DNA of 19,200 nt from Promethearchaeota archaeon (GTDB taxonomy: Archaea; Asgardarchaeota; Lokiarchaeia; Sigyniarchaeales; SOKP01). The first letter of the stretch is position 1. Every line of letters starts with the position of its first letter. The translations under genes were made by a program, and so were the position numbers. Location: positions 1-19,200 of the forward strand of contig JBHLMP010000059.1 of the NCBI GenBank assembly GCA_048938025.1, in the 5' to 3' direction. Under the pieces are notes generated by a model. That model made no database searches, was not told where the DNA came from, and saw only the letters and a program-made list of their open reading frames with translations. Positions 8,245-16,799 of this stretch are shown piece after piece.

Positions 8245-8277
8245 ATGAATATCTGGATTATGGAGAGGATACAATAA
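8245..8277 (+). repeat. Short ORF MNIWIMERIQ duplicating the N-terminal codons of the downstream longin-like gene
   Basis: atgaatatctggattatggag (8245-8265) matches attaatatatggataatggag (8343-8363) at 18 of 21 positions, with all differences at third codon positions. Confidence 0.6.
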
Positions 8278-8342
8278 GAATATGGAATTAGTGTAAGCTA
8301 ATTTTAATTCAATTTAATGCTTTCGCGGAATGGTGATTTGGG

Positions 8343-9188
8343 ATTAATATATGGATAATGGAGTCGGATAGTGGCATCACTTTGCTGTACAAACCGTATA
8401 TGGATTTTTCTGTGAATGAAGATTTAGTATCGGGTCTCCTTACAGCATTAAATCAATTTACAATAGTTGAGTTTAAACAAGGGATCGATTCAATAGAAAT
8501 GGGTGGATTACGATGGGTATATATCCAAGATAAAGAAGCAAATTTATTGTTTATCGCTGCTGATACTAAAGACGTAAGTGCAGATATATTAAGAGCCCGT
8601 TTGGATGTAATACATAATACTTTTATTGAACAATATATGAACGATAAAGCCCATTGGTTAAATAGATGGAATGGGAATGTTGAAATTTATAGACCATTTG
8701 AAAAGACTATTGATGAATACTATACTCAATGGAAGCAAGCAGAGCACATTACCACAGTCGCTGAATTCTTTGATATTTTAGGAATATTTCAACAAATTTT
8801 GAACTTGATCATTAATGTTATTGAAAGCCATTCCTTGCCAGAGAAGAAACAGATAATCTTTAATCGCATTGAGGAAATGTTTAAGAATTATGCAAGTCAT
8901 GAATATGTAAGGAATAATCCTGAATTAAGCAAAATCACTTTCAATAGAGAATCTGGGATTAATATAATTAACATTAATCCAACTAACTGTGATATGTTTG
9001 TTGTTGAAAAACAAATAATAAATTTAATTAGACGAATTATAGATATTATTAAAAATGAAGAAGGGTTTTATACAAGTTTGAAATACTTTATTGATGAGAA
9101 TATTTTTGATTATCTTATCTCCAATTTTTCTTTATTAAATGAATTGAATTTATTTACATTCTTACTACAACTTTTTCTAGCAAAATAA
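8343..9188 (+). CDS. Longin-like domain protein (Asgard-type) with helical C-terminal region; start uncertain (ATT 8343 or ATG 8358)
   Basis: INIWIMESDSGITLLYK...DLVSGLLTALNQF...IDSIEMGGLRWVY...LLFIAAD...LDVIHNTFIEQY fits the longin beta-beta-alpha-beta-beta-beta-alpha pattern. GGTGA at 8332-8336 lies 6 nt before ATT 8343. Confidence 0.7.
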   Translation: MNIWIMESDSGITLLYKPYMDFSVNEDLVSGLLTALNQFTIVEFKQGIDSIEMGGLRWVYIQDKEANLLFIAADTKDVSADILRARLDVIHNTFIEQYMNDKAHWLNRWNGNVEIYRPFEKTIDEYYTQWKQAEHITTVAEFFDILGIFQQILNLIINVIESHSLPEKKQIIFNRIEEMFKNYASHEYVRNNPELSKITFNRESGINIININPTNCDMFVVEKQIINLIRRIIDIIKNEEGFYTSLKYFIDENIFDYLISNFSLLNELNLFTFLLQLFLAK

Positions 9189-9273
9189 TTAATTCAATTT
9201 AAATAGAAAATTAGATTTATTAAACTCTATTTATTTAATTTATTATCTATATTAAGTATCAGATCCAACTATT

Positions 9274-10572
9274 ATGGAGCCATATTTACTTTTAATAATT
9301 TTCATATTGTTTGCTCTTATAATTTTAAGTTATTCAATATCAAAGTTGGATTTTGTTGCGATATCCCTATTATGTGGTTTTACAGCAGCAACAATTACAT
9401 TTTTAGTAGTTGGTACTACGTTTAATGATTTCATTGTTGGGATTGAGTGGCAAGCAATTATTGTAATATTATGCATGAGTTTAATTACAAAAATTGCCCA
9501 AGATTCAAACATATTGGAGTTTGTGGCTGTAAAACTCTTCAAAATTTCTAGAGGTAACCAAAGAGTATTTTTCTGGCTTCTTTGTACAATTACAACCCTT
9601 TTAGCCTCAGTTATTAGTGATGTAGTTGTTGTTTTAATATTAGCACCGATAGTGATTCGTTTATGCCATTTCTTAAAAATAAGATCGGGAACTTACCTTC
9701 TAGGCATGACCATCTGTATTAATATTGGTTCTATAATAACTCCTTTTTCAAGTGGAGAAAATATTATCATATCCACTGCATTTGAACTTAATACATTTTA
9801 TTTTATTCAAAATTTTTGGATCTTTTCATTTTTCTTGTTATTTTTAACAATTTACTTGATTGACAGATTTCTGCTATCAAAAGAACCTAAGATTGATGAA
9901 GAACAGAAAAAATTTGTTATTGACTTAGTAGATACTGATATTATGTTAAAAAATAAGAAAATGTTCTATTTTAACAGTATTGCGATAATGATTACTATTA
10001 TTTTATTCGCTATATTACCTTTATTATATTTAACAGCCGCAATGTCTGCTTTAATCTTGGTACTAGTTAATAGAAATTTTACTAAAAAACCAATGGGTGA
10101 ACTTTTAAAAGATATTGAATGGGAAATTATCTTCTTTTTCATTTCGTTATATGTCGTTATTAAATGTCTTTTAGATGCTGGATTTGAAGAAATTTTCACC
10201 TCGATCCCATTTGAAACGTTCAATCCAATTCTCTTATCTTTATTAATTTTAATAATTGTTAGCGCAGTAAGCGGATTTGTTGCTAATACTCCAACAGCAT
10301 TAATTTTTAATGTAATAATTCAAACTTTAATTACACAGTTTCATTTTGCTTCTGTGCCTCTTTTGTTTGCCTTTATCATTGCTATTAATCTTGGAGGTAA
10401 TATTATACCTCAGGGAGCCGCATGTGATATGATGACATTAAAAATAGCAAGGGATTCTGGGGTAGATAACTTAAATTATAGAAGATTGCTTACAACTGGC
10501 GCTACTTTCGCCTTCATCCATATAGGAGTTTCAGCAATATACTTAACAATATTAACAATAATATTTGGGTGA
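9274..10572 (+). CDS. Ion transporter superfamily permease (ArsB/NhaD/SLC13/CitMHS-like)
   Basis: Highly hydrophobic with internal twofold repeat motifs: IEWQAI/IEWEII, NIGSIITPFSSGENIII/NLGGNIIPQGAACDMM, and SGFVANTP. Confidence 0.88.
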   Translation: MEPYLLLIIFILFALIILSYSISKLDFVAISLLCGFTAATITFLVVGTTFNDFIVGIEWQAIIVILCMSLITKIAQDSNILEFVAVKLFKISRGNQRVFFWLLCTITTLLASVISDVVVVLILAPIVIRLCHFLKIRSGTYLLGMTICINIGSIITPFSSGENIIISTAFELNTFYFIQNFWIFSFFLLFLTIYLIDRFLLSKEPKIDEEQKKFVIDLVDTDIMLKNKKMFYFNSIAIMITIILFAILPLLYLTAAMSALILVLVNRNFTKKPMGELLKDIEWEIIFFFISLYVVIKCLLDAGFEEIFTSIPFETFNPILLSLLILIIVSAVSGFVANTPTALIFNVIIQTLITQFHFASVPLLFAFIIAINLGGNIIPQGAACDMMTLKIARDSGVDNLNYRRLLTTGATFAFIHIGVSAIYLTILTIIFG

Positions 10573-10639
10573 TTTTCTATAGAATTAGAATGAAAAAGAG
10601 AAAAATCTTATATTATATATAGCAAAAATTAAAGAAGAG

Positions 10640-10669
10640 TATCTCAATCTTCAATATCTCAACCTTCAA
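10640..10669. repeat. Tandem 15-bp duplication in a convergent intergenic region
   Basis: tatctcaatcttcaa / tatctcaaccttcaa (14 of 15 identical). Confidence 0.6.
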
Positions 10670-10703
10670 GAAATTAATGACAATAAATAGTGAGGAGATA
10701 GAC

Positions 10704-11954
10704 TCAAATCCACCCTCTGAGTCGCATTGCGTCAATAACTCTCTCAATAGAAATCATATATGCACCCATCCTATTATGGGTTTCATATTTTTTGGTTTGT
10801 TCCACAGTTGAGCGATATGCTTTAGTCATTACTTTATCTAAAGCTTCGAATACCTCTTTTTCAGTCCAAAAATATCGGTAATATCCTTGAACCATTTCAA
10901 AATACGAAACAGTGACTCCACCTGCATTGCATAAAAAATCAGGTAAAACATCTATTCCTTTCTCAAAAAGAATTCTATCTGCCTTGGGTGTTGTAGGACC
11001 ATTTGCGAGTTCAGCAACTATTTTACAATTAATATCATTAGCATTTTCTTTAGTAATAACATTTTCAAGTGCTGCTGGAACTAATACATCACATTCTAAC
11101 TCTAAAAGTTCCTCGTTAGTGATATCTTTAGTTCCATTTAAGCCGATTACGGATCCTGTTTTAGTTTTATGATCTGCTGCTTTATGGGTATCAATTTTAT
11201 CATTATTAAAAATACCTCCTTTAGAATCAGATACAGCAATAATCTTACAATTAAAATCATCTTGTAAAATTTTTGCTGCCCAAGAACCTGCATTTCCATA
11301 ACCTTGTATAGCCACTCTTGCTCCATTCAAATTCAAGCCAATATCGTTCGCAGCTTCTCGAATAGTATAAATCCCACCTTGCGCTGTAGAAATTGAGCGA
11401 CCTGCAGAACCTCCTAGGGGTAATGGCTTACCTGTAATAACAGAAGGAGCATGTCGACGTACAATTTTTTCATATTCATCCATCATCCAGGCCATAATCT
11501 GTGGATTTGTATAAACATCTGGAGCAGGAACATCAATATTAGGTCCAATAAAATCAGCTAACTGTCTAATATAACTTCTTGCTAATGTCTCAAGTTCTCG
11601 ATTACTCATATTCCTTGGATCGCAAATTATACCTCCTTTTGCGCCTCCAAGGGGGATATCTACACAAGCTGTCTTCCACGTCATCCATGCGCTTAAAGCT
11701 TTCACCAGAGAGGCACTTTCCTCAGGATGCCATCTAATTCCTCCTTTCATTGGACCTCTTGCAGAGTTGTATTGACTTCTAAAACCTTTATATGTTTTTA
11801 ATATCCCATCGTCCATCTTCATTGTTATCTTAATTTGCACAAATCTTTCAGGTTCAGAGAGTGCTTCATAAAGCTGATGGTCATAATCCTTTAGTTGACA
11901 AGCATCATAAAGCTGTTTTTGAGAAATTCTAAACGGATCTAAACTTTCACTCAT
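10704..11954 (-). CDS. gdhA: Glutamate dehydrogenase (Glu/Leu/Phe/Val dehydrogenase family)
   Basis: [54 protein letters not shown] and C-terminal RGW. Confidence 0.95.
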   Translation of the reverse strand: MSESLDPFRISQKQLYDACQLKDYDHQLYEALSEPERFVQIKITMKMDDGILKTYKGFRSQYNSARGPMKGGIRWHPEESASLVKALSAWMTWKTACVDIPLGGAKGGIICDPRNMSNRELETLARSYIRQLADFIGPNIDVPAPDVYTNPQIMAWMMDEYEKIVRRHAPSVITGKPLPLGGSAGRSISTAQGGIYTIREAANDIGLNLNGARVAIQGYGNAGSWAAKILQDDFNCKIIAVSDSKGGIFNNDKIDTHKAADHKTKTGSVIGLNGTKDITNEELLELECDVLVPAALENVITKENANDINCKIVAELANGPTTPKADRILFEKGIDVLPDFLCNAGGVTVSYFEMVQGYYRYFWTEKEVFEALDKVMTKAYRSTVEQTKKYETHNRMGAYMISIERVIDAMRLRGWI

Positions 11955-12362
11955 GATGTAATCTTATAATTTTAATTCGTATAAGTATTTTAAATTGTTT
12001 AAGTATTTAAACATTTTAAATTGAAAAGCATAATAGAAATAAGAATTTTATTGTGGGAATGGTTTGGGATAAAATCTTTTCTCAATCCCTCTTAACCATC
12101 ATCTTTTTAATTTATCACTTTAAATTTTTTTTAAAAAAAAATTATATTTCTGAGGACATTTTCGTAATTTTTATTGATTTTTAAAAATCCTTTAAAAAAT
12201 AAGAATATTTTTAAAAATCTTTCAAATTCCCTCTAATAATATCTGTAAAAATAAACATTGATCATAAGTACTAATATACTTTTAGTAATTATATACATAT
12301 TACAGAAAAGTTAATTTTGTAGAGTGTATTTATACTAAATAAGATTAATTTCAAATTATATC

Positions 12363-13919
12363 ATGTCTATTCTTGTCTTAGATTTTGGGGGTCAATATTG
12401 CCATTTAATTGCGAGAAGAATTAGAGAATTAGGAGTATATTCTGAGATTTTACCTTATGATATTGATTTAAATAGAATTAAAGAAGCAAATCCAAATGCG
12501 ATTATTTTATCTGGAGGACCTGGAAGTGTATATGAGAAAGACGATCCACAGTTATCAAAAGAATTTTATGATTATATAAGAGAGCATAATATTCCCGTTC
12601 TTGGAATTTGTTATGGTCATCATTTACTTATCCATCAACTTGGTGGAAAAATTGAACCACATGATCAGAAAGAATATGGCAGAGCAGAAATTGAGATTGT
12701 AAAACACAAAAGTTTGTTTAAATCATTAGAAAAAAATGAAATAGTATGGATGTCTCATGGAGACCAAGTGAAAGAAATGCCTGAAGGTTTTGAAATCTTA
12801 GCTAAAACAGACACATGTCCTATAGCAGCTTATCAAAATGAAGAACTAAAAATATTTGGGGTTCAATTTCATCCAGAAGTAGTTCATACACCAAATGGAA
12901 ATGTAATATTAGATAATTTTATAAGTAAAATTGTGAAGGCGAAAAAAGAATGGAAATTGGAAAATTGGATTGAACAGGCGATTGATGATATAAGAAACCA
13001 AGTTGGTCCTGATAAGCGGGTGATTTTAGGTTTAAGTGGAGGTGTAGATTCTTCTGTTACTGCAGTACTCATGCATCGAGCTATTGGGGATAGACTTCAT
13101 AGTATTTTTGTGAATAATGGAGTCTTGAGAAAAAATGAAGAGAAAGAGGTCCAAAAAACTTTTAGGGAGAAATTAAATTTCAAAAACTTCCATTATATAA
13201 ACGCAGAAAAATTATTTATGGATCGCCTTAAAGGAGTAGAAGATCCAGAGGAAAAACGAAAAATTATTGGGCACACATTTATTAAAGTATTTGAAACTAA
13301 GACGATTGAATTAGAACGACAATATCCAAACATTAAATATCTTGCTCAAGGGACAATTTATCCAGATCGAGTAGAAACTAGTGCTACAAGTAGTGTTTCA
13401 GCCCGAATTAAATCTCACCATAACTTGACATTGCCTAAAGATATGACTTTAGAGATTATAGAACCTCTTAAAGATCTCTATAAAGATGAGGTTAGGAAAA
13501 TAGGCATAAAATTAGGCTTGCCAAAAGAGATTATTCATAGACATCCATTCCCAGGACCAGGATTAGCTGTTAGAATTATTGGCGCTATAGACAAAGAGAA
13601 ACTTGATATTTTGAGAGAGGCAGATGAGATATTAATCGATGGATTAAAAAAAGCAGGAATATATGAAAGCTTATGGCAAGCATTTTGTGTTTTTCTACCA
13701 TTGAAAACCGTCGGAATTATGGGAGATTACCGAACTTATGAGTATATATGCGCAATAAGAGCAGTAGAATCTCTGGATGCCATGACTGCCAATTTTGCTA
13801 AATTAGATATGGATTTATTGGAAAAAATTGGTACTAAAATCATTAATGAAGTAAAAGGAATAAATCGAGTAGTATATGATATTACCAATAAACCTCCCGG
13901 TACAATTGAATATGAATAA
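12363..13919 (+). CDS. guaA: GMP synthase (glutamine-hydrolysing), fused GATase and ATP-pyrophosphatase domains
   Basis: LDFGGQY, GICYG, QFHPEV, LSGGVDS, QGTIYPD, IKSHHN, HPFPGPGL and KPPGTIEYE. Confidence 0.97.
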   Translation: MSILVLDFGGQYCHLIARRIRELGVYSEILPYDIDLNRIKEANPNAIILSGGPGSVYEKDDPQLSKEFYDYIREHNIPVLGICYGHHLLIHQLGGKIEPHDQKEYGRAEIEIVKHKSLFKSLEKNEIVWMSHGDQVKEMPEGFEILAKTDTCPIAAYQNEELKIFGVQFHPEVVHTPNGNVILDNFISKIVKAKKEWKLENWIEQAIDDIRNQVGPDKRVILGLSGGVDSSVTAVLMHRAIGDRLHSIFVNNGVLRKNEEKEVQKTFREKLNFKNFHYINAEKLFMDRLKGVEDPEEKRKIIGHTFIKVFETKTIELERQYPNIKYLAQGTIYPDRVETSATSSVSARIKSHHNLTLPKDMTLEIIEPLKDLYKDEVRKIGIKLGLPKEIIHRHPFPGPGLAVRIIGAIDKEKLDILREADEILIDGLKKAGIYESLWQAFCVFLPLKTVGIMGDYRTYEYICAIRAVESLDAMTANFAKLDMDLLEKIGTKIINEVKGINRVVYDITNKPPGTIEYE

Positions 13920-13934
13920 TTAATTACCATTAAT

Positions 13935-14106
13935 TCATGCTAGATTTGAAACTTTACACTCTTTTTCTAATTTCCAAGCCCCATATCCATGGATAAAGAG
14001 ACATACAGCAAATGTATATAATATTATATCCATAATATTTAGGATAAGTCTTTTTAAGAAAAATGGCAATAGAATATAAAAAGGATGCAAAGAATCCTAT
14101 TAGAGT
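13935..14106 (-). pseudogene. Possible frameshifted remnant of a membrane-protein 3' end, or a 32-aa peptide (13935-14033)
   Basis: Two overlapping frames give the hydrophobic stretches TLIGFFASFLYSIAIFL and RLILNIMDIILYTFAVCLFIHGYGAWKLEKECKVSNLA*, which could join near an A-run. Confidence 0.25.
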
Positions 14107-14231
14107 TCAACAAATTCTTTTTCTTAATGGAATTTTGAAAATTAAAAAACTTTAAATAATTATTACTTCTTTAGTAGTATTTAAACTTTTTTAACTTTAA
14201 TTTAAAAAAGTCGTTGAAAAAGGTAAAAAAA

Positions 14232-15206
14232 ATGACCGAACTAGCAATTGAAGCTTTAGGTCTTAAAAAGGAATTTCTTGGTCCTAGAAAGGGACCTAGG
14301 AAACGTGGGCCTTCAGTAAAAGCTCTTCAAGATGTTAATTTTAGGATAAAAGAAGGAGAAAATTATTGTTTATTAGGGCCTAATGGTTCTGGAAAAACTA
14401 CTCTTATTAGATGTATTCTTGGATTACTTAAAGCTGAAGGGTCTATAAAAGTAATGGGATATGAAATTCCTAAGGAACGCAAAAAAGTCATTCCTAAAAT
14501 CGGATATATGCCTCAAGATATTAGTTTATATCCAGATCTATCAGTTAAAGAAACAATGAATTTTTTTGGTAGACTATATGGATTAAGTAAAAAAAATGAA
14601 CTTAGTAAAGCCGTAGAAAAATCTTTAGAATTATTTTTATTTAAAGAATGGAAGAATACTATTGTTGAAAATTTATCTGGTGGAATGAAAAGACGTTTAT
14701 CTTTAGCGTGTGCTTTGATCCATGAACCAGAACTAGTATTTTTAGATGAACCCACTGTGGGTGTTGATCCTAATTTAAGACTTTCATTTTGGGACTACTT
14801 TAACAATTTGAGTAAAAATGGTGTAACCATTATAACAACAACTCATGTAATGGATGAGGCAGAAAAAAGTCGAAAAATTGGCTTTATGAGGAATGGAAAA
14901 TTAATAGCAGAAGGAACATATCAAGATCTTAAAAGAAAAGTCCCTGAAAGCCGAAAATTAATTATCAGTACTGATTTGGAAGATACAAAAAAAATTGCAG
15001 ATTTAGTTAATGAAAAATTTAAACTTAAATCACGGTCTCAAGATTATAAACTTGAAATATTTTATAATGTTGATTCAATTCTTGAAGAAATTTTATCTTT
15101 CATAAAAGATTATGTAAAAATCCTATCAATTCAAACTGTTGAGCCTAGTTTAGAAGACATTTTTATTTTCTTTTCAAAAAGGGATAATAATGGGGTGAAA
15201 AAATGA
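14232..15206 (+). CDS. ABC-2 type exporter ATP-binding protein
   Basis: Walker A GPNGSGKTT, signature LSGGMKRR, Walker B FLDEPT, H-loop TTH and C-terminal PSLEDIF. ATG 14232 preferred over TTG 14214. Confidence 0.95.
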   Translation: MTELAIEALGLKKEFLGPRKGPRKRGPSVKALQDVNFRIKEGENYCLLGPNGSGKTTLIRCILGLLKAEGSIKVMGYEIPKERKKVIPKIGYMPQDISLYPDLSVKETMNFFGRLYGLSKKNELSKAVEKSLELFLFKEWKNTIVENLSGGMKRRLSLACALIHEPELVFLDEPTVGVDPNLRLSFWDYFNNLSKNGVTIITTTHVMDEAEKSRKIGFMRNGKLIAEGTYQDLKRKVPESRKLIISTDLEDTKKIADLVNEKFKLKSRSQDYKLEIFYNVDSILEEILSFIKDYVKILSIQTVEPSLEDIFIFFSKRDNNGVKK

Positions 15207-16717
15207 TGAAATTTTCAAATATAAAAGCAATAGCTTTGAAAAATTTAACTCAAATGAAAAGAGATCCAAGAATGATAGGTTTAGCAATATTTGCTCCAAT
15301 AATAGTTACAGCTCTATTTGGCTTTACTTTTGGTGGTGATTTAACTCATCTTAAGGTATTATATTTAAATAATGATGAAAACTTCGATGTAGTGTTTGCT
15401 GATGAAATAAGTAATAATATTGGAGAAGATTCTAATATAAATTATACTATAATTACTTCTGATCAATTAACAGCAATATCAGCAGTAGAAAATAATATTA
15501 CTCAAGCAGCAATCATTTTTCTTAGCAATTTTACTAACGATCTATTACTTGGAAGAGGGTCAGAAATTGGAATATACATCAATAATATGAATCCAAACGT
15601 TTCTAACTATGTTTTAACAGTTTTTCAGAATAGTACTGATACCATCATGAATAGTTATTTTGGAGCATCTCAAGTAAATATAACAATTACTTCAATTTAC
15701 CAAGGACCTTCAACAATGCTTCCATCAATTATTAATGTTTCATTATGCAATCTTGATACTGGTTGGTCTTATAATAGATTATCAGAGGATTTAATTCATA
15801 TTTTGGATGAAAATAAGGTTATTGATCTTTATGAATGCAAAACACTTGAAGATGGCGAATCTTCAGTTAAAAATGGTAAATCAAGAGGTTTCATTATTTT
15901 TCTAAGCAATTTTACCTATGATGCTCTAATTAAAAAATATCTACATTTTGAGCTTAAATTAGATGGGGCCGAACCCCAGGCAGCGATGGCGATAAAAGCG
16001 GTTTTAAGTTCATCTTTATCGCGTCTTTTTATAAATAAATTTGGGGAATCTGTGTTTTATATAGATGAATATTATTACAATAATCCCGATGGGACTGATA
16101 AAGTAATTGATTCAATATCTTATTTTATGCCTGCAATTCTAAGTTTTGTGATCTTCTTCTTTTCTTTTCTATTAACAATGTTATCATTCATAAGAGAAAA
16201 AAAACAAGGAACAATGGAGAGAATTTTAAATTCACCAGTTAATCGTGCAGAAATAATCCTTGGTTATATCCTTTCATTCAGTATACTAGGTGTTGTTGAA
16301 GCTTCTGTAATACTTTTTACAGCAATTTTTATATTTAATGCACAAATAGATATTACACTCCTGATTCTTCTTCAAACTTACTTAGTTGTCTATATCGTTG
16401 TTTTAACAGCCCTCGGAACTGGTATTTTCCTCTCAACTCTCGCAAAAACAGAATTTCAAATTCTACAATTTATACCTTTAATAATTATACCTGTTATGTT
16501 ATTATCGGGTGTATGGGCTCCTATTGAAACGTTACCAGAGTGGTTACGCCCTGTTTCATATGTAATACCTTTAACATATGCCAATAATGCTTTGAGAAGT
16601 ATGTTACTTCATGGGGAATCTTTAATTTACATTTTAGGCGACTTTGGAATATTGACAGCTCTCGCTAGCCTAATGATTTTCTTGGGGATTATTACATTTA
16701 ATAAAAAATTGAAATAA
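15203..16717 (+). CDS. ABC-2 type exporter permease with a duplicated extracytoplasmic domain
   Basis: One N-terminal transmembrane helix, a large loop, then REKKQGTMERILNSP, LSG...P and PLTY. ATGA overlap with the ATPase stop codon. Confidence 0.92.
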   Translation: MMKFSNIKAIALKNLTQMKRDPRMIGLAIFAPIIVTALFGFTFGGDLTHLKVLYLNNDENFDVVFADEISNNIGEDSNINYTIITSDQLTAISAVENNITQAAIIFLSNFTNDLLLGRGSEIGIYINNMNPNVSNYVLTVFQNSTDTIMNSYFGASQVNITITSIYQGPSTMLPSIINVSLCNLDTGWSYNRLSEDLIHILDENKVIDLYECKTLEDGESSVKNGKSRGFIIFLSNFTYDALIKKYLHFELKLDGAEPQAAMAIKAVLSSSLSRLFINKFGESVFYIDEYYYNNPDGTDKVIDSISYFMPAILSFVIFFFSFLLTMLSFIREKKQGTMERILNSPVNRAEIILGYILSFSILGVVEASVILFTAIFIFNAQIDITLLILLQTYLVVYIVVLTALGTGIFLSTLAKTEFQILQFIPLIIIPVMLLSGVWAPIETLPEWLRPVSYVIPLTYANNALRSMLLHGESLIYILGDFGILTALASLMIFLGIITFNKKLK

Positions 16718-16799
16718 AAATACGAACAAGAACAACAATGTTATTTCCAGAAGTATGTTAATTAATAAATTATTTTTTTAATTTTTCTTTTTTATTACT

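Noticed and set aside
12122-12220. AT-rich palindromes such as gatttttaaaaatc (12176-12189)
   Set aside because: T-run/A-run palindromes are expected by chance at this AT content.
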